From Entomortierella parvispora E1425 (taxonomy: Eukaryota > Fungi > Mortierellomycota): a stretch of DNA of 64,000 bases. The translations under genes and the position numbers were made by a program. How positions within the stretch are numbered: position 1 is the stretch's first letter; each line of letters begins with the position of its first letter. Below are positions 60,056 through 64,000 of the stretch, one piece after another. Below the pieces are notes generated by a model. That model did not search any database, was not told the DNA's origin, and saw only the letters and a list, made by a program, of their open reading frames with translations. Where the stretch lies: contig BQFW01000008.1 of assembly GCA_020891255.1 (NCBI GenBank), positions 434,001-498,000 of the forward strand, given 5' to 3'.

Positions 60056-63000
60056 ATGGCAGCGTGCCCTCACATCTCAAACGTGCGCCTGACAGTGCCT
60101 GCACCTACCGCAAAGATTTACAAGGACGAATGTACCCTCTGCTATGACAGTCCCGTAAGCATTGTGCAGAAAGACATGCCTTGGAACAGAAACGCGCCAT
60201 GGAGCTCCAGCTCTCTTTTGGACGCGTGTTCCCACGCACGCACTATGTTTGACTGACACTTTGTTCATGTTATTGCTTGATGGAAACAGGATAACGAAAC
60301 TGGATTGGATGTCTGCCTCTCCTGCTTCAACGGAGGCTGCACCGACGATGATCGCCTTCATGCTTACAAGCACTACAACAAGTCTGGTCATCCCTTGGCC
60401 CTCAACATCAAGCGTGTCAAGATCCCCAAGGCTGCAAGAGTAAGAGCTACGACCAGGGACTCGTCTCATCCACGAGAGAGAAAATCCACGACCAGCGAGG
60501 CTCGAAATCTAATCACTTCTGGGAATGTCTTTTCTTTCTTTTTTTTTATTGCAGGACGTGGAGGAACCTCCTCAAAAGATTTCAAAGATTGCGATCGTGC
60601 CCGAGAACGACTTGGACAACTACGAGTACTTCACCCAGGTCAAGTGTTATGAATGCGGCGGCGTTGAAGTGGACAAGAATGTTGGACAGGTATGTTTTTG
60701 TAGCATTCTTTGGTTTTGCCCCTGAAGGCTTTGCCACCTGACGTACTAACTTGGATCTCATCCCACTATAGATCCCTCAGGTTGTGGATGCCATCATGGC
60801 GGCCTTGTCTGCATCTCGACAGTCCGAGATCAAGGCATGGGAAGAAGAGATCGTCTCATGTGACCATATCCGGAACCTTCAACAGGATGCTGAAAAGGTC
60901 GTATCCGCTGGTATGTTTAGACGGCAAGGAGTGGAATATGATAAATGACTAGAAGCAGAAGGAGAATCTGGGGTTGACATGGCTCTCCTCTTGTTTTATT
61001 TTAATTGTAGAAAACGCGCACTGCGGCAGCTGCGAGCTTGGAGAAAATCTTTGGCTCTGCCTCGTTTGTGGAAACCTAGGCTGTGGACGTCAGCAGTTTG
61101 GAGGCACGGGTGGAAACGGTCACGGACTTGCCCATTTCGACGCCACGGGACATGGTGTTGCCTGCAAACTTGGAACTATCACACCCGAAGGCACAGCAGG
61201 TAGGCTTGGACGTTGCGAGATAACGCATTGATTATGCAGGCGTGCCTCTGTAAACTCACCTTGAATATGTCTGTCGTCATAGATATCTATTGCTACCACT
61301 GTAATGAAGAGCGATCTGATGACCAGCTTGGTGTTCATCTTGCTCGATTTGGTATCAAGGTGGAGTCGCAGCAAAAGTCGATCAAGTCCTTGACTGAGTT
61401 GGTATGACAAAATGATTGGCTTCATATGGCCGGATAGAGGCTCTGTAGATTGTCAAAGTGAACTAATCTTTTCTGGATCACAATTATAGTCCTTGGAGCA
61501 GAACCAGAACTTCAACTTCAACATGTTTACTGAGGATGGCAAGTCCTTTGAACCTCTTTTCGGGCCAGGATACACTGGCTTCAAGAACCTTGGAAACAGG
61601 TGCAGTCACATACCTTTGCGTCGATTCTTGACAGAGAGTTCTAATACTTGAACTAACGCTGTGATCACCATGAACTTTCTTAGCTGCTACATGGCCTCCG
61701 TTCTGCAGTCTGCGTTCGACCTTCCCGCCTTTATCACAAAGTATTATCCCGCTGACGAGGAACACATCTCAACGTGCAGCCAGGAGCCTGGAAACTGCCT
61801 TCACTGTCAATTGACCAAAGTCGCAGATGGACTTTTGAGTGGGCGTTACGCTTTACCGGTCGTTTCAGAAAGTGGCGAAGTCCAAGGACAGGATGGCATC
61901 GCTCCTGGGATGTTTAAGGCTCTGATTGGTCGTGGACACCCCGAGTTCTCTACTATGAGACAGCAGGACTCTTTTGAATTTTTCCAGCACTTGATCAAAA
62001 CTGTGTCCCAGAATAACCGCGCCACAGGAGCAGACACCACCAAGACGTTCGAGTTTTCCAACGAGCAGCGTCTTCAGTGTAACAAGTGCAAAAAAGTCCG
62101 GTACTCTCATGACACCACTACAGCTCTTTCGATCGCCGTTCCTGCAAAAAAGAAAGCGAATGTCGAGGGCGATGACGAAGAATACGAAAGCGTCTCACTC
62201 AAGCAGTGCCTTGACACGTACGTCGCGGAAGAGTTTCTTCCTTACAAGTGCCCTAGCTGTCAGGAGGACACGACAGCGACCAAGTAAGTATTAGAGTCGG
62301 AGAATCCAGCTTGGTACCGCTCCTTGAAGGGCCAATATCAGCAGAATCCATGGCTAACACTTCCATTTGTGCTCTGTTAGGACAAACCGTTTTGCCACAT
62401 TCCCTGAGGTCTTGGTGCTCAACATGCGTCGCTTCCAGTACCAAAACTGGGTCCCTAGAAAACTATGTAAGGCGTTATATTGCGTTTGTGAGCTTGTAGT
62501 TATTTTCGACTGGACTCGATGCTTCTCGGTTCTAATCATTCTTGATTGTACGATCTCTTTGCAGCCGTCCCAATTGTTTTCCCTGAAGGTCAAATCGATC
62601 TTGAAGAATACCGTGGCCGTGGCCAGCAACCAGGCGAAGAGTCGTTGCCGGAGGATGCTCCAGCGGCCAGCGCCTCTCAAGGACCGACTTTTGATGAAAC
62701 CGCATTGGAGCAGTTGCAGATGATGGGGTTCCCATTGATCCGGTGCCAGAAAGCGCTTTTGGCCACCAACAACCAAGGATCTGAAGTGGCGATGGATTGG
62801 CTTATTCAACACATGGAAGACCCTGATATTGACGCTCCTCTCGTTGTTGCTGGAGGTGCTGATACTTCAGCTAACCCAGAGCAGATCGCCCAATTGGCAG
62901 ATATGGGCTTTACCGACAAGCAAGCCAGGAAGGCCCTCAAGGAGACTGGAGGAAACATGGAGCGTGCTGTCGAGTGGCTTTTTAGTCATATGGACACTCC

Positions 63001-63259
63001 AATGGACGATGACGAAGATGCAACTGCCGCACCATCGGCTTCAGCTGGAGCGGGAGCTCTTGCTGGTGATGTGACGAAGCAAGGGCACTACCTGCTAGCG
63101 TCGTTTATTTCACACAAGGGACCGTCAGTCCACTGTGGACATTATGTGAGCCATATCAAGAAGGGCGACCAGTGGGTCTTGTACAACGATAACAAGGTTG
63201 TGGCGGATCCTAAGCCTCCAGTGGGTGATGCGTACATGTACTTCTTCAAGCGGCAGTGA
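60056..63259 (+). CDS. UBP14: ubiquitin C-terminal hydrolase 14 (USP5/USP13, isopeptidase T)
   Basis: IYKDECTLCYD, ZnF-UBP LWLCLVCGNLGCGR, Cys box GFKNLGN|CYMASVLQ, RQQDSFEF, two UBA domains (MGFPLIRCQKAL, MGFTDKQARKAL), His box HKGPSVHCGHYV. Confidence 0.96.
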
Positions 63260-63501
63260 GTGCAAACAGAATAAAGAATCATGGACTCCACACGTGATGG
63301 TTTTCCTCGGCAAAAGAAAAAAAAAAGAAAATTGTCCATCCGCCTGTTCTTTCCAAATCGGTGTCGCTCTTTCAAACCAATCACTGGGGTGAAAAGGCAC
63401 TCGTTGTACCCTACACCCAGGGTGCTCAATCTGTGTTCCCAGGGATAGGCACCACCCGGCCAGGGCACTGCCAGCACACAGCAGAAGCCCATCTTTCGAT
63501 C

Positions 63502-63760
63502 TTACTCGTACTGCATTCGTCGCGGATGCCAGCCTTTGACTGACGAAAATATCTGCGTGCCACCTTGGTCTTTGCTGTCATCTGTCATCGGTGAGAGGTG
63601 TTGAGTGATAGTGAGGAGTGGAAAGGATGAGCCAGGGTTGTGCTCACCTAAAAGGTGGCTCTGAAGAAGAGCTACATATCAGGGCAATTCCGTTAGAAAC
63701 TCTCGATTGTCATTAAAGTCTATTGAATTGAGCTTGCCACTTTACTTTCTGCAAGGTGAG
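63502..63760 (-). CDS. possible 3' end of a minus-strand gene with 15-nt and 24-nt micro-exons
   Basis: Exons 63760-63746, 63671-63648 and 63581-63502 have canonical GT/AG ends, 74- and 66-nt introns and consistent phase 1. They read HLAETLLQSHLLDDSKDQGGTQIFSSVKGWHPRRMQYE*. Confidence 0.35.
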
Positions 63761-64000
63761 CTATGGTCGACAAGAACATGGACAAGAATGAATGGGTATT
63801 GATGAGGGGTCGAGAGTCCGAGGGTACTATGGGACGAGTTCGATCCATTGAAGTTAGTGAAGGAAGTGAAGGGAAGAGAGCGCATCAATAAGGTTGGTTG
63901 GTCAATTCGCTAGTGTACCCAATCGGTGAGAATGGTGCTGAGGGCAAGAGAAGAGGCATTTTCTCAAGACAGTTCTATGACCACCAACTAGGAAGGACAT

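Noticed and set aside
1-64000. tRNA, rRNA or snoRNA genes
   Set aside because: I recognised no T-loop GTTCRA cloverleaf, rRNA segment or paired C/D boxes by eye. tRNAscan-SE and Infernal/Rfam scans would be needed to exclude them.

Overview
Eukaryotic, intron-rich, gene-dense genomic DNA. GT-AG introns, poly-A/T tracts and gene content point to an early-diverging fungus, most likely Mortierellaceae/Mucoromycota (inference, not a database result). About 21 protein-coding genes can be reconstructed by hand. In order: MFS (SLC46-like) transporter, SreA/Fep1-type iron GATA factor, CINP-like protein, LRR protein, MRPL4, DH-PH RhoGEF, cyclophilin-40, an orphan, ISD11, eIF3g, a Crinkler-type REase-fold candidate, an Angel/Ngl EEP nuclease, farnesyltransferase beta, a degenerate arginyl-tRNA synthetase paralog, an RNF34/RFFL-like E3, a tandem DPBB secreted protein, LAG1, CPSF160/CFT1, VPS74, Pac2 (WOPR), a PTGR1-type oxidoreductase and UBP14. 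There are possible partial genes at both edges. No tRNA, rRNA or CRISPR array was recognised. The most unusual signals are four. (1) A non-coding ~297-bp tandem duplication carrying six hairpin-forming repeats, directly upstream of the REase-fold gene. (2) A full-length ArgRS paralog lacking the HIGH, GDWG and KMSKS-type motifs but keeping the DALR domain. (3) A GC-AG intron splitting the Pac2 WOPR domain. (4) A triple GATA/ATCTGATAA site about 1 kb upstream of the SreA gene. Exon boundaries were read by eye, and family assignments come from remembered motifs, not searches.
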